From: an uncultured Gemmatimonadales bacterium
GTDB taxonomy: Bacteria; Gemmatimonadota; Gemmatimonadetes; Gemmatimonadales; GWC2-71-9
Assembly (NCBI GenBank): GCA_963698975.1
Contig: CAVOSV010000003.1
Location: 517,864-581,863 of the forward strand
Direction of reading: 5' to 3'
DNA length: 64,000 nt
Positions 10,537-19,540 of the stretch are shown here, one piece after another. How positions within the stretch are numbered: the first letter of the stretch is position 1; the number at the start of each line of letters is the position of its first letter. The position numbers and the translations under genes were made by a program. A model generated the notes under the pieces. It searched no databases and had not been told where the DNA came from. It worked only from the letters and a program-made list of their open reading frames with translations.

Positions 10537-11020
10537 ACTTGAGCTCGACCCCGAAGTCCTCGCCCTTCAGGAAGGCGATGACCGCCTGCAGCTCATCACG
10601 GGAGGGCGCCGTCACCCGGACCTCGTCGCCCTGGATCCCGGCCTGGACCTTCTTGAAGCCTTGATCCTTGATCGCCTTGACCATGCGCTTGGAAACGTCC
10701 TGGGGAATGCCTTGGGTGAGGCTCACGGTGCGCCGCACGCTCTGACCGGTGGCGGTCTCGAGGTCGCCCACCTTGAGATTCTTCACCGGCACCCCGCGCT
10801 TGATCATCTTGGTCTTGAGCACGTCCACCAGCGCATCCATCCGGAACTCGTCGTCCGCCGCAAGACGAATCTCCGCCTTGGGCCGGTCGAAGTTCACTTC
10901 ACAATGGGTGCCTTTGAAATCGTAGCGTTGGGCGATCTCCTTGATGGTCTGATTGACGGCATTGTCCACCTCCTGGAGATCGGCACCGGTGGACACATCG
11001 AACGAAGCATTGCTGGCCAT
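10517..11020 (-). CDS. yajQ: YajQ family (UPF0234) nucleotide/c-di-GMP-binding protein
   Basis: 167 aa. MASNASFDVSTGADLQEVDNAVNQTIKEIAQRYDFKG is a typical YajQ N-terminus. Confidence 0.85.
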   Translation of the reverse strand: MASNASFDVSTGADLQEVDNAVNQTIKEIAQRYDFKGTHCEVNFDRPKAEIRLAADDEFRMDALVDVLKTKMIKRGVPVKNLKVGDLETATGQSVRRTVSLTQGIPQDVSKRMVKAIKDQGFKKVQAGIQGDEVRVTAPSRDELQAVIAFLKGEDFGVELKFGNYRG

Positions 11021-11117
11021 AGGACGAAGCGTAGCAGGAGTGAAGGTGCTGGCAACGGAGTGCGGGAAGAATGACCTGACCGGCGATAGCGGGCAAGCTC
11101 ACGGTAGGTCTAGGTTT

Positions 11118-11144
11118 GTCATCCTGAGCGAAGCGAAGGATCTC
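11118..11144. repeat. 27-nt repeat GTCATCCTGAGCGAAGCGAAGGATCTC (left inverted copy)
   Basis: Reverse complement matches 11422-11448 at 26/27 positions. Confidence 0.8.
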
Positions 11145-11225
11145 TACTCAAGATACGCGTATAGACGATTGCGGAGGAGCCAATATGAGACGGAGAGTGA
11201 CTGAGAGCATCCGATATTTCTGCGG

Positions 11226-11420
11226 ATGCCACTAGTACGTGGATTCGCCAGAAAGTACCAATGACACGTCTGGTTTTACCTCGAGGAAGCCACCAACGCT
11301 CTGGACGCGATTAGACGCGAGAAGCAGATAAAAGGCTGGGCCAGAGAGAAGAAGGTCGGCCTGATCGAACGACTGAATCCGGGGTGGCGAGATCTCGGAG
11401 ATTTTCTAATCGGTAGGTAA
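11226..11420 (+). pseudogene. GIY-YIG nuclease family remnant (N-terminally truncated, in-frame TGA)
   Basis: Translation is MPLVRGFARKYQ*HVWFYLEEATNALDAIRREKQIKGWAREKKVGLIERLNPGWRDLGDFLIGR*. The REKQIKGW..K..LIE..NP.W.DL tail is typical of small GIY-YIG proteins. Stop at 11262-11264; the GIY/YIG N-terminal half is absent. Confidence 0.6.
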
Positions 11421-11421
11421 A

Positions 11422-11448
11422 GAGATCCTTCGCTGCGCTCAGGATGAC
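11422..11448. repeat. 27-nt repeat (right inverted copy) GAGATCCTTCGCTGCGCTCAGGATGAC
   Basis: Inverted partner of 11118-11144. A degenerate further copy (CTTCCGCGCGCGCTCAGGATGAAGTGC) follows at about 11464-11490. Confidence 0.8.
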
Positions 11449-11493
11449 CGTGCTCCTTTGATGCTTCCGCGCGCGCTCAGGATGAAGTGCTTC

Positions 11494-12363
11494 TTAGGCC
11501 AAGAAACTCTCCAACGCCCGCGCGCGGCTCACGTGCCGGAGACGGCTCAGCGCCTTCTCCTTGATCTGCCGCACCCGCTCGCGGGTAATGCCCAGAAGGC
11601 TCCCGATTTCCTCCAGCGTCATCGGCTCGGGCCCGTCCAGGCCGAAGTAGAGGCGCAGAATCTTGGCCTCGCGCTCCTTCAAGGTCGAGAGGACCTCCTC
11701 GATCGATTCGGTCAGCGCGTGCTCGAAGGTCTCGGAGTCGGGACCGGGATTCTGGGTGTCGGGCAGGTAGTCGAGCAGCTTGTTGTCTTCGCCAGGAGTG
11801 AGCGGCGCGTCGAGAGAGAGATGATTCTGGGAGATGGACAGCGTCTTCTGGACTTCTTCCATCGAGATGTCCATTCCCTCGGCAATCTCGGACGGAGTGG
11901 GCTCCCGACCCAGCTCCTGCAGGAGCGCGGAGGATCGTTTCCCGATTCGATGCAACGTCCCGGCTCGATTGAGCGGTACCCGGACGATCCGGCTCTGTTC
12001 AGCCAGCGCCTGCAGAATGGCCTGGCGAATCCACCAGACCGCGTAGGAGATGAACTTGATGCCCTTGGTCTCGTCGAATTTGTGGGCGGCGCGGATGAGA
12101 CCGAGGTTGCCCTCGTTGATCAGATCGGCCAGGGACACGCCCTGGTTCTGATACTTTTTGGCCACCGACACAACGAAGCGGAGATTGCTGCGGACCAGCT
12201 TGTCGAGTGCCTCGCCATCACCGACCCGGATCCGCTGCGCGAGGCTGACTTCTTCTTCCTGAGGGATCAGCGGGTACTTGCTGATTTCCCGAAGGTACTG
12301 GTCGAGCGAGCCTTCATCGAACGACGGAGCTCGCTTGCCGGGACCTACCTGCATAGGGCGCAT
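11494..12363 (-). CDS. RNA polymerase sigma-70 family factor (RpoD/SigA-like, short form)
   Basis: Regions 2-4 are present: NLRFVVSVAKKYQNQGVSLADLINEGNLGLIRAAHKFD, YAVWWIRQAI, TLEEIGSLLGITRERVRQIKEKAL. The ORF opens with TTG at 12399; ATG at 12363 (MRPMQVG) is preferred. Confidence 0.85.
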   Translation of the reverse strand: MRPMQVGPGKRAPSFDEGSLDQYLREISKYPLIPQEEEVSLAQRIRVGDGEALDKLVRSNLRFVVSVAKKYQNQGVSLADLINEGNLGLIRAAHKFDETKGIKFISYAVWWIRQAILQALAEQSRIVRVPLNRAGTLHRIGKRSSALLQELGREPTPSEIAEGMDISMEEVQKTLSISQNHLSLDAPLTPGEDNKLLDYLPDTQNPGPDSETFEHALTESIEEVLSTLKEREAKILRLYFGLDGPEPMTLEEIGSLLGITRERVRQIKEKALSRLRHVSRARALESFLA

Positions 12364-12408
12364 GAGGGGAACCTTACTCCGGGTTTCTATGAGGCGCAAT
12401 GGAGGTTT

Positions 12409-12533
12409 GAGTCACGAGTCACGAGTCGCGAGTCATGTGTCGTTGCAGGGTGATTGGGGTCACGTACAAAGGATGACTCCTGACCCCTCGCGGACTCCTG
12501 ACTCCGTGACTCGCGACTCGTGACTCGCGACTA
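12409..12533. repeat. inverted arrays of GAGTC/GACTC heptad repeats (19-bp perfect stem 12416-12434 with 12508-12526)
   Basis: Left arm: GAGTCAC GAGTCAC GAGTCGC GAGTCAT. Right arm: GACTC-type heptads in the opposite orientation. 10 GANTC sites in about 125 nt. Confidence 0.85.
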
Positions 12534-14072
12534 CACATCGTACGTATCGATCTGCGCCCGCTGAAGCTTGCCCGAATAGTCCACGTAGCAAACCTTGGTC
12601 TCGGAGTAGAACTCGTAAACCTCCCAGCCGCCCTCGCGGTGCCCGTTGCCGGTGGCCTTGATGCCCCCGAAGGGAAGGTGCGCCTCCGCCCCAATGGTGG
12701 GCGCGTTGACATAGGTGATGCCGTTGTCCAGCTCCTGCATTGCCCGGAAGGCAAGGTCCACGTTTCGGGTATAGATGGAGCTGGAGAGCCCATAGCGCAC
12801 ATCGTTGTTGACCCGAACCGCGTCGTCGAACGAGTCCACCCGGATAACGCTCAGCACCGGGCCGAAGATCTCCTCCTGCTCCAACCGGCTCTTCGGCTTC
12901 ACTCCGGCAAACACAGTCGGCTGGAAGAAGAACCCTCCGTCGAGCTCTGCGCCGGACGGGCGGGTTCCGCCAGTGACCAGCTCCGCTCCCTCTTTCCGCC
13001 CAATCTCGATGTACTGCTCGACCTTTTCTCGCGAGGCCTCATGGATGAGCGGGCCTACGTCGGTCTTATCCTGCCTGCCGTCGCCCAGCTTCAACGCCTG
13101 GGCCGCCTGCGCCAGACGGCGGACGAATCCGTCATGCACCTTTTGATGCACAATCAGACGGCTGGTCGCGGTGCAGCGTTGCCCCGTCGTCCCGAAGGCT
13201 CCCCACAGCACACCCTCGAGCGCCAGATCCTGATCGGCATCGTCCATCACGATCATCGCGTTCTTGCCGCCCATCTCCAACGAGAGCCGCTTGTGCATGC
13301 GGCCGCAGGTCTCGCCGATGATCGAGCCGGTCTCGGTGGATCCGGTAAACGAAATGACGGGAACCTCCGGATGCTCCACCAGCGCCTTGCCCACCGTCTC
13401 GCCTCGGCCGTGGACCAGCTGCACGACCTCAGGAGGCAACCCCGCCTCGAGCAGGATCTCGACCAGCAGGTGCACCGTGTGCGGCACGTCCTCCGACGGC
13501 TTGATGATCACTGAGTTTCCGCAGAGGAGCGCCGGGAACATCTTCCAGGTCGGTATCGCGAGCGGAAAGTTGAATGGAGTGATCAACCCCACGACGCCGA
13601 TAGGACGCCGGTAGCTCATGGCCCACTTGGAACGCAATTCCGAGGGAACCACATGGCCGAACAGCCGTCGCCCCTCGGTGGCAGCGTAGAACGCGGTATC
13701 GATGCCCTCCTGAACGTCGCCCCGGGTCTCAGCCAGCACCTTGCCCATCTCGCGGGTCATCGCATTGGCGATGGCCTCCTTCCGCTGAACCAGGAGATCG
13801 CCAACCCGGCGGAGCACATCGCCCCGGGCGGGGGCCGGCGTTTTGGACCAGATCTCGAACCCTCGTTTGGCCGAGCGGACAGCCGCATCGATGTCGCGAG
13901 GATCAGAATCGGGAAAGCGTCCGATCAGATCGTCCGGCTTGGCCGGATTCCGGTTCTCGAAATAGGCTTGGGACGCGGGGTCCACCCACTGGCCCCCGAT
14001 GAAGTTCTTGAAGGTCTGGGCGTCGACTGGTTTGCTGACGCGTGATTCGCGGACGTTGAACGTGTTTGTCAT
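12531..14072 (-). CDS. NAD(P)-dependent aldehyde dehydrogenase family protein
   Basis: 513 aa. FTGSTETG, catalytic Glu region LSLEMGGKNAMIV and catalytic Cys region GQRCTATSRLIV. Confidence 0.85.
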   Translation of the reverse strand: MTNTFNVRESRVSKPVDAQTFKNFIGGQWVDPASQAYFENRNPAKPDDLIGRFPDSDPRDIDAAVRSAKRGFEIWSKTPAPARGDVLRRVGDLLVQRKEAIANAMTREMGKVLAETRGDVQEGIDTAFYAATEGRRLFGHVVPSELRSKWAMSYRRPIGVVGLITPFNFPLAIPTWKMFPALLCGNSVIIKPSEDVPHTVHLLVEILLEAGLPPEVVQLVHGRGETVGKALVEHPEVPVISFTGSTETGSIIGETCGRMHKRLSLEMGGKNAMIVMDDADQDLALEGVLWGAFGTTGQRCTATSRLIVHQKVHDGFVRRLAQAAQALKLGDGRQDKTDVGPLIHEASREKVEQYIEIGRKEGAELVTGGTRPSGAELDGGFFFQPTVFAGVKPKSRLEQEEIFGPVLSVIRVDSFDDAVRVNNDVRYGLSSSIYTRNVDLAFRAMQELDNGITYVNAPTIGAEAHLPFGGIKATGNGHREGGWEVYEFYSETKVCYVDYSGKLQRAQIDTYDV

Positions 14073-14078
14073 AGATGC

Positions 14079-14537
14079 CTACTGAGCGGGGGCCTGCGAC
14101 GCCGGAGCGGCTGCAGGCGGTGCAGAGGGACAGGTCCATTCCAATGCCTGCTTGGCGTAACCGGCACGCGGCAGGATCTCGCGCGCGGCGATAATGCCGG
14201 CCCACACAATGACCAGGAGTGATACCAGCATCGCTACGCCCTGGCGGTGAGTCCAACTGTTGAAGGCGCCGAGTACGCCCAGCATTATGGCCAGCACCGC
14301 CGCGCCTAGAAAGAAGACGAGCCGAATCCCGCAAGCCTTGTCGTAGGGCCATAATACGAGCGCAATCGCAAGTATCGTTGCTACCACAGTCCAGAGCCAG
14401 GTCAAAGCGACGAACCGGCGCCGTGGAGCGGGCGTCGGCACCGCCACGGGAGAAGACGCGGAGGGTACCGACTGCTTGGCAATGGTGCGATCGATGTGGG
14501 CGAGCTCTTTGTCCCAGTCTCTTGGCTGCTCGGTCAT
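14079..14537 (-). CDS. hypothetical membrane protein (3-4 TM)
   Basis: Hydrophobic segments [42 protein letters not shown] and [17 protein letters not shown]. Start overlaps the upstream stop (ATGA). Confidence 0.55.
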   Translation of the reverse strand: MTEQPRDWDKELAHIDRTIAKQSVPSASSPVAVPTPAPRRRFVALTWLWTVVATILAIALVLWPYDKACGIRLVFFLGAAVLAIMLGVLGAFNSWTHRQGVAMLVSLLVIVWAGIIAAREILPRAGYAKQALEWTCPSAPPAAAPASQAPAQ

Positions 14538-15883
14538 TCGGGGCCTCGGTTCAGACCAAAACGTTCCATTTTCTTGTAAAGATTGGAACGGGGAATTTTG
14601 ATGGCTCGGGCCGTTTCCGACAGGTTCCAGTCGTGCTGCCTCAGCTGCTGAACCAGGAATTTCTTTTCCGCCTCGAGCTTGAAGTCTTCCAGGCTGGGGC
14701 TCTCGCCGTTGGGGCCCATGGTGCCGGGGAGCAGATGATCGATGTCCTCCGCTGTCACTTTCTTGCCCGACGCCAGGATGAGCACCCGCTCCACTGCGTT
14801 GCGCAGCTCGCGAATATTGCCGGGCCAGGGTCGAGTCTGGAGCCGGCGCACCGCCTCGTCGCTGAACTTCCTGCCGGGCACCCCAGCGCTGGCGGCCAGC
14901 TGCTCGGCGAAGTACCCCACCAAGGCTGGGATGTCGGCCCTGCGCTCGCGGAGCGGCGGCACCCGGATGGGCACGACGTTCAGCCGGTAGAGGAGATCTT
15001 CGCGAAATCTTGCCTCGGTGATCTCCTGCTCCAAATCCTTGTTCGTGGCGGCCAGCACCCGCACGTCTACTTGAATCGGCTTCGACCCGCCGATCCGGGT
15101 GACCACGCCTTCCTGCAGCACCCGAAGCAGCTTCGACTGCGCCGAGAGAGACATGTCGCCGATCTCGTCGAGGAAGAGGGTTCCTCCGTCGGCCTGCTCG
15201 AACTTCCCTGCCCGGTCGGCAAAGGCGCCGGTGAATGAGCCCTTCATGTGCCCGAAGAGCTCGCTCTCGATCAGCTCGGACGGAATGGCGGCGCAGTTCA
15301 CTTCGATGAAGGCTCGCCCCTGCCGGGGAGAAGCTTCATGCAACGCGCGCGCTACCAGCTCCTTGCCGGTACCGTTCTCACCGGTGATCAGCACTCGCGC
15401 CGAGGTGGGGCCCACCTTGGCGATCAGATCGCGCACCTCCTTGAGCGCCGGACTCTCGCCCACCATGCGAAAGCGGCTCTCGCTCTCCTCCCGGAGCCGG
15501 GTGTTCTCATCCATCAGCTTGGCCTGGGCCAGCGCATTCCGCACCGTGACCAGCAGCCGGTCGGTGTCGAGCGGCTTCTCCAGGAAATCGAATGCGCCTC
15601 GCTGGGTGGCCTCCACCGCGGTCGCGATGGTACCGTGGCCCGAGATCATCACCACCTGGGAGTTGGGATCGAGGTTGCGCAGGCGGGTGAGCGTCTCCAG
15701 TCCGTCCAGTCCGGCCATCTTAACGTCGAGGAAGACCAGGTGGGGACGAAACTCCGGATACACGGTCAGCGCCTCGCCGCCCGAGGCCGTCACCTTCACA
15801 ACGAGGTTCTCGTATTCCAGCACCTGCTTGAGCGCCTGCCGGATTCCCGCCTCGTCATCCACGATCAGAATGCGATAGCTCAT
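14534..15883 (-). CDS. sigma-54-dependent response regulator (NtrC family)
   Basis: REC domain ([22 protein letters not shown]), AAA+ domain ([16 protein letters not shown] loop, ESELFGH) and C-terminal Fis-type HTH ([17 protein letters not shown]). Confidence 0.9.
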   Translation of the reverse strand: MSYRILIVDDEAGIRQALKQVLEYENLVVKVTASGGEALTVYPEFRPHLVFLDVKMAGLDGLETLTRLRNLDPNSQVVMISGHGTIATAVEATQRGAFDFLEKPLDTDRLLVTVRNALAQAKLMDENTRLREESESRFRMVGESPALKEVRDLIAKVGPTSARVLITGENGTGKELVARALHEASPRQGRAFIEVNCAAIPSELIESELFGHMKGSFTGAFADRAGKFEQADGGTLFLDEIGDMSLSAQSKLLRVLQEGVVTRIGGSKPIQVDVRVLAATNKDLEQEITEARFREDLLYRLNVVPIRVPPLRERRADIPALVGYFAEQLAASAGVPGRKFSDEAVRRLQTRPWPGNIRELRNAVERVLILASGKKVTAEDIDHLLPGTMGPNGESPSLEDFKLEAEKKFLVQQLRQHDWNLSETARAIKIPRSNLYKKMERFGLNRGPE

Positions 15884-16527
15884 GACGGTGGCGCTCCGAT
15901 GAGGGTGGCGCCGCTGGGTCGGAGGTGAATTTCCCTGATCCCGGCGGGGATCCGGACCGGGACCGTCTTGCGCGATGGACTGCCCAAAGCCTTGGAGACG
16001 AGTTGAGGGACAGCATCATGGGGCAGCGGGAAGCCGCGAATGCTGAACGAGCGCAGCGCCCATTCCGCCTGACGAGGACCCACCACGGTCAGTGGGCCCG
16101 CCGCCTGGATCGGCTCGGTGGGCTGGAGCGCCATGCTGAGCGGTCCAATCAGCTCCTTGGGCAACCGGGCCGTGGCCAGACGAGCCTTGACCGTGATGCT
16201 CCCATCCTGCAGCTCGACCTGCAACGAGTCCAGCTGACTGCGAAGACTGGGGTCGAGTCCGGACCCGATCATCGAAGCCACCTCGGACGCACTCAGCACC
16301 ACCGAATCCGCCCTCCATCCGTTCAACGAATCGATCTTGGCGTGCGCCGTGACCAGCGCCCGCGAGCCGGGCCGCCCGGACGATGCCGGCTCTTCAGTTC
16401 CACCGAAGGAACCGAACACCCGGCGAGCTTCGCTGGTCAGGCGATCCCGATACATCCAGCCGATGAAGAGAGCGGCCAGCATGCCGAGACATCCTGCGAA
16501 CTTGAACGGCGCCGCCAGGCACCCCAT
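15880..16527 (-). CDS. hypothetical membrane-anchored protein
   Basis: N-terminal TM segment ([15 protein letters not shown]). No recognisable domain. Coupled to both neighbours by 1-4 nt overlaps. Confidence 0.5.
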   Translation of the reverse strand: MGCLAAPFKFAGCLGMLAALFIGWMYRDRLTSEARRVFGSFGGTEEPASSGRPGSRALVTAHAKIDSLNGWRADSVVLSASEVASMIGSGLDPSLRSQLDSLQVELQDGSITVKARLATARLPKELIGPLSMALQPTEPIQAAGPLTVVGPRQAEWALRSFSIRGFPLPHDAVPQLVSKALGSPSRKTVPVRIPAGIREIHLRPSGATLIGAPPS

Positions 16528-17081
16528 CAGTTAGCCAGATCCAGGGTGAGGCGGGACTCGTAACGAGGGCCTCCGGTCGTCAGCACGCTCTCATAGAGCA
16601 CCAGCTCTTCGGCGACGAAGGGCATCGGCTGGAGCCGGTCCGCGTGAGCGTCCAGTCCTCGAGAGGGAATCCGCTGCCCCTCCCGTACTCGTCCGAGGGT
16701 GACGTGAGGCTTGAAAGGAGTTCCCTCGGGAGCAAAGCCGATGGCCTCAGACCCGCGCTCGATCCGGTCCTGCAGCAGCTCGAGCGACGGTGGCGCGTGA
16801 ACACCGACCCAGAGAATTCGGGGACGACTCCGGCTGGGGAACGCCCCCAACTCGCCCAGAGCCAGCGCCTGGGGTCCGGCTCCGGCGGCGGCGAAGCGCA
16901 GCGCTTCGGCGATGACGTCGAGACGATCGGAGCCCACTTCACCAAAAAATTTGAGGGTGAGGTGCAGACCCTCGTCATGCACCCAGCGCACCGGCCAGTC
17001 GCCGCTCCGGAGATCGGCCAACAGATCCAGAATCTGGCCCCGGGCGGGGTCCGGGATCGGCACCGCCACAAAGAGCCGCAT
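16527..17081 (-). CDS. thpR: RNA 2',3'-cyclic phosphodiesterase (2H family, ThpR/LigT)
   Basis: Two HxTx motifs (GLHLTLKF and KPHVTLGRV). Start MRLFVAVPIP at 17081 shares one nt with the larE stop (TAATG). Confidence 0.8.
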   Translation of the reverse strand: MRLFVAVPIPDPARGQILDLLADLRSGDWPVRWVHDEGLHLTLKFFGEVGSDRLDVIAEALRFAAAGAGPQALALGELGAFPSRSRPRILWVGVHAPPSLELLQDRIERGSEAIGFAPEGTPFKPHVTLGRVREGQRIPSRGLDAHADRLQPMPFVAEELVLYESVLTTGGPRYESRLTLDLAN

Positions 17082-17890
17082 TAATCGGGCAACTGGGAAG
17101 CCAGGGCGAGCAGGCCGCCCCGGCGATACCCGTGCGGGTCCAGCTCGACGGCATGGAAGCCAAGATCCAGGAAAGTGGCTTCGACTCGGGTCCACTGGTC
17201 CTGTACGCGGGCCATCTGATCCGGCTGCAGCTCGAGTCGAGCCTTCTCGCCGTGGTGTCTCACCCGGATATCCCCGGCGACTCCGATGGAACGGAGAAAG
17301 GTCTCTCCGAGCTCCACCTGCCGCAGCCGCTCCGGCGTTATGCCGAGTCCGTACATGACCCGGCTCGACAGACAGGGCGCCGCGGGTGCATTCCAGGTAG
17401 GCAGACCGAAGCTGTGCGCAGCGGCTCGAACCTGCGCCTTGGTCCAGCCAAGCTCCGCCAGAGGCGAGCGTACGGCCTGTTCGCGAGAGGCACGAAGCCC
17501 CGGCCGGTGCTCAGCGAGATCGTCGGCATTGGTGCCGTCGATGACGGTGTCGAACCCGATTTCCTCGGCCACTCCGACCAGCCGGGTCCACAGCTCGGAT
17601 TTGCAGAAGTAGCAGCGCTCGGTGGAGTTGCCCAGGTAGCGGGGATCCGCCAGCTCCCGAGTCTCGATCTCTCGAACCGGAATGCCAAAATCCCGCGCGA
17701 TCTCAAGCGCCGTGTCATACTGGTTCTCGGGATACGAGGCGCTGCGTCCGATCACCGCCAGAAAGCGCTCTGGTCCCAGGGCTTTGGTCCCCGCAACCGC
17801 CAGCACGGCGGAGTCCACCCCACCGGAATAGCCCAGCACCACTCGGCCGAGTGTCTGCAGGTGTGCACACAGGATCTGATGATCGGTCAT
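17081..17890 (-). CDS. PP-loop ATP-utilising enzyme, LarE-type sulfur transferase family
   Basis: PP-loop LGYSGGVDSAVLA, plus CYFCK, RPGL and APCLSSRVMYG segments as in TIGR00268/LarE proteins. Confidence 0.75.
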   Translation of the reverse strand: MTDHQILCAHLQTLGRVVLGYSGGVDSAVLAVAGTKALGPERFLAVIGRSASYPENQYDTALEIARDFGIPVREIETRELADPRYLGNSTERCYFCKSELWTRLVGVAEEIGFDTVIDGTNADDLAEHRPGLRASREQAVRSPLAELGWTKAQVRAAAHSFGLPTWNAPAAPCLSSRVMYGLGITPERLRQVELGETFLRSIGVAGDIRVRHHGEKARLELQPDQMARVQDQWTRVEATFLDLGFHAVELDPHGYRRGGLLALASQLPD

Positions 17891-17953
17891 GGCAGAAACG
17901 TAGCTGCGAAAGCGGAACGAAGGAACGACGGAACGACCGACATACCTTTAGGC

Positions 17954-18391
17954 ATGGCCGAGATCAACGCACTGGAGATTACACCGGAGCTCAGCATTCC
18001 CCTCTCCGAGCTCGAGTACCGGGTGTCCCGCTCCGGAGGGCCGGGAGGCCAGCACGTCAACACATCCTCGACCCGGGTCGAGATCTGGTGGGATGTGGCA
18101 GGATCAGCCGCTCCCACCGCTGACCAGCGGGAGCGGCTCCTGCAGAAGCTGGCGCCACGGCTCGACAGCACCGGCCGCCTGCGACTGGTGTCGAGCGGCA
18201 CCCGAAGCCAACTGAGAAACCGCGAAGAAGTAACCGAGCGGCTCAGGGACGTGGTGGCCGCGGCCCTGGCAGTGCCCAAGAAGCGGAAGCCGACTAGGCC
18301 CAGCCGGGCGGCGAAGGCGGCCCGGCTCGACGCCAAGCGGCGGCGAGCCGCCACCAAGCGGGAGCGCCGCACTCCGCGGCATGAGGACTAG
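17954..18391 (+). CDS. arfB: alternative ribosome-rescue factor ArfB (peptidyl-tRNA hydrolase, GGQ)
   Basis: Last 145 aa of ORF 17132..18391: MAEINALEITPELSIPLSELEYRVSRSGGPGGQHVNTSSTRVE plus a basic C-terminal tail. Confidence 0.85.
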   Translation: MAEINALEITPELSIPLSELEYRVSRSGGPGGQHVNTSSTRVEIWWDVAGSAAPTADQRERLLQKLAPRLDSTGRLRLVSSGTRSQLRNREEVTERLRDVVAAALAVPKKRKPTRPSRAAKAARLDAKRRRAATKRERRTPRHED

Positions 18392-18491
18392 CATGCCGCA
18401 CCCCTGCCCTTTGGTCTAATGGCCTCCTGAGCGATTCAACCCCAAACTCGTTTCTATCCCGTCGTCAGTCCGGAAGAAGAAGGGGGGCCGA

Positions 18492-19463
18492 ATGTCGGTG
18501 GCTCTCGGGGTCGGCATGTACCTGGTGCTCGCTGCAGCGGGCCAGGACGGGTCTGCCCAACATCACGCGGCCACGTTGCCGGCCGGAGTTCCGGGGTACT
18601 TCTCCCGCAACGGACTTCCGCCGGTTCGCGGCCTGTTAACGCTCACCCCGGACGGACTCAGCTTCCGCTCGCCTGGCGGATCCGTCCTGCTGAGTTACCC
18701 ACTCATCCCGAGCAACGAGCGGATGCGCTCGAGCCAGCGTCCAGAACCGCCGCGCGCGAGGCTGGCTTATACCGGAAAGCTCGGCAGTAGAGTCTCCTAC
18801 GTCTTCCGAATCAACGATGGCGTGTTCGAGACCGCAGATCCGGGCGGTCTGCCCGGCATCCTCACCGGACTGGTCTTTGACCCCGTGCCGAGCAACCTGG
18901 TGCGCGGTATCGCCAATCTCGCCACCGCAACCGGTGTAGTCCGGCAGCTGTCTCATAGCGCCTATGCGGACACGCTGTATGCCCTCTTCGGTAAGCCGGT
19001 CAGATCGGTGGGCCTAGTCGGCCCCCGGGGAGTCCAGATGGGCGATCTGGCCGAATACGTGCGACCCCGAGATTCGGTCGCTCTGGATCCGGTCCACATC
19101 ATCAGCCAGGACCAGCTGCGGCACGCCTTCGCTCACGAGTTGGGACACCGGTGGGAACAGCGCGACATGGGCCGGGTGGATTCGATACTGGGCAATGTGC
19201 TCGCGGTGGGCGATCCGCAGCGGTATGGTTACGGAAGCAGGGCCGAGCACCGGGCCGAAGCAATCGCGTTTGCGGTGCACTTCCTCCAGAGCACAATGAC
19301 CGCGGGCTCGTCAGACGAGCTCGATCTGCTGGAGCACTACGAATTCCTGGTGCCCGGTACCCGCGCCATGGTCCGCTACCTGATTCTCCTGCCTCCTTAC
19401 CGGCGCCATCCACTCCGGGGCCCCCTCCAGGATCAGCAGGTTTCCTCGCCTTTGGTCCAATAG
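18492..19463 (+). CDS. hypothetical protein with HExxH motif (putative zinc metallopeptidase-like)
   Basis: N-terminal hydrophobic segment and HAFAHELGHRWEQ. No further family recognised. Confidence 0.5.
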   Translation: MSVALGVGMYLVLAAAGQDGSAQHHAATLPAGVPGYFSRNGLPPVRGLLTLTPDGLSFRSPGGSVLLSYPLIPSNERMRSSQRPEPPRARLAYTGKLGSRVSYVFRINDGVFETADPGGLPGILTGLVFDPVPSNLVRGIANLATATGVVRQLSHSAYADTLYALFGKPVRSVGLVGPRGVQMGDLAEYVRPRDSVALDPVHIISQDQLRHAFAHELGHRWEQRDMGRVDSILGNVLAVGDPQRYGYGSRAEHRAEAIAFAVHFLQSTMTAGSSDELDLLEHYEFLVPGTRAMVRYLILLPPYRRHPLRGPLQDQQVSSPLVQ

Positions 19464-19540
19464 ATCGTCCCGGCCTGCTGTTCTATGTTCGCCCGGCATT
19501 GCCATGTCTTCCATAGAAAAATTTCGACAGGAGCGGTCGC

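Noticed and set aside
17132-18391. 419-aa ORF as one protein
   Set aside because: The first ~270 codons are antisense to the larE-like gene. Only the ArfB part, from ATG 17954, is supported.
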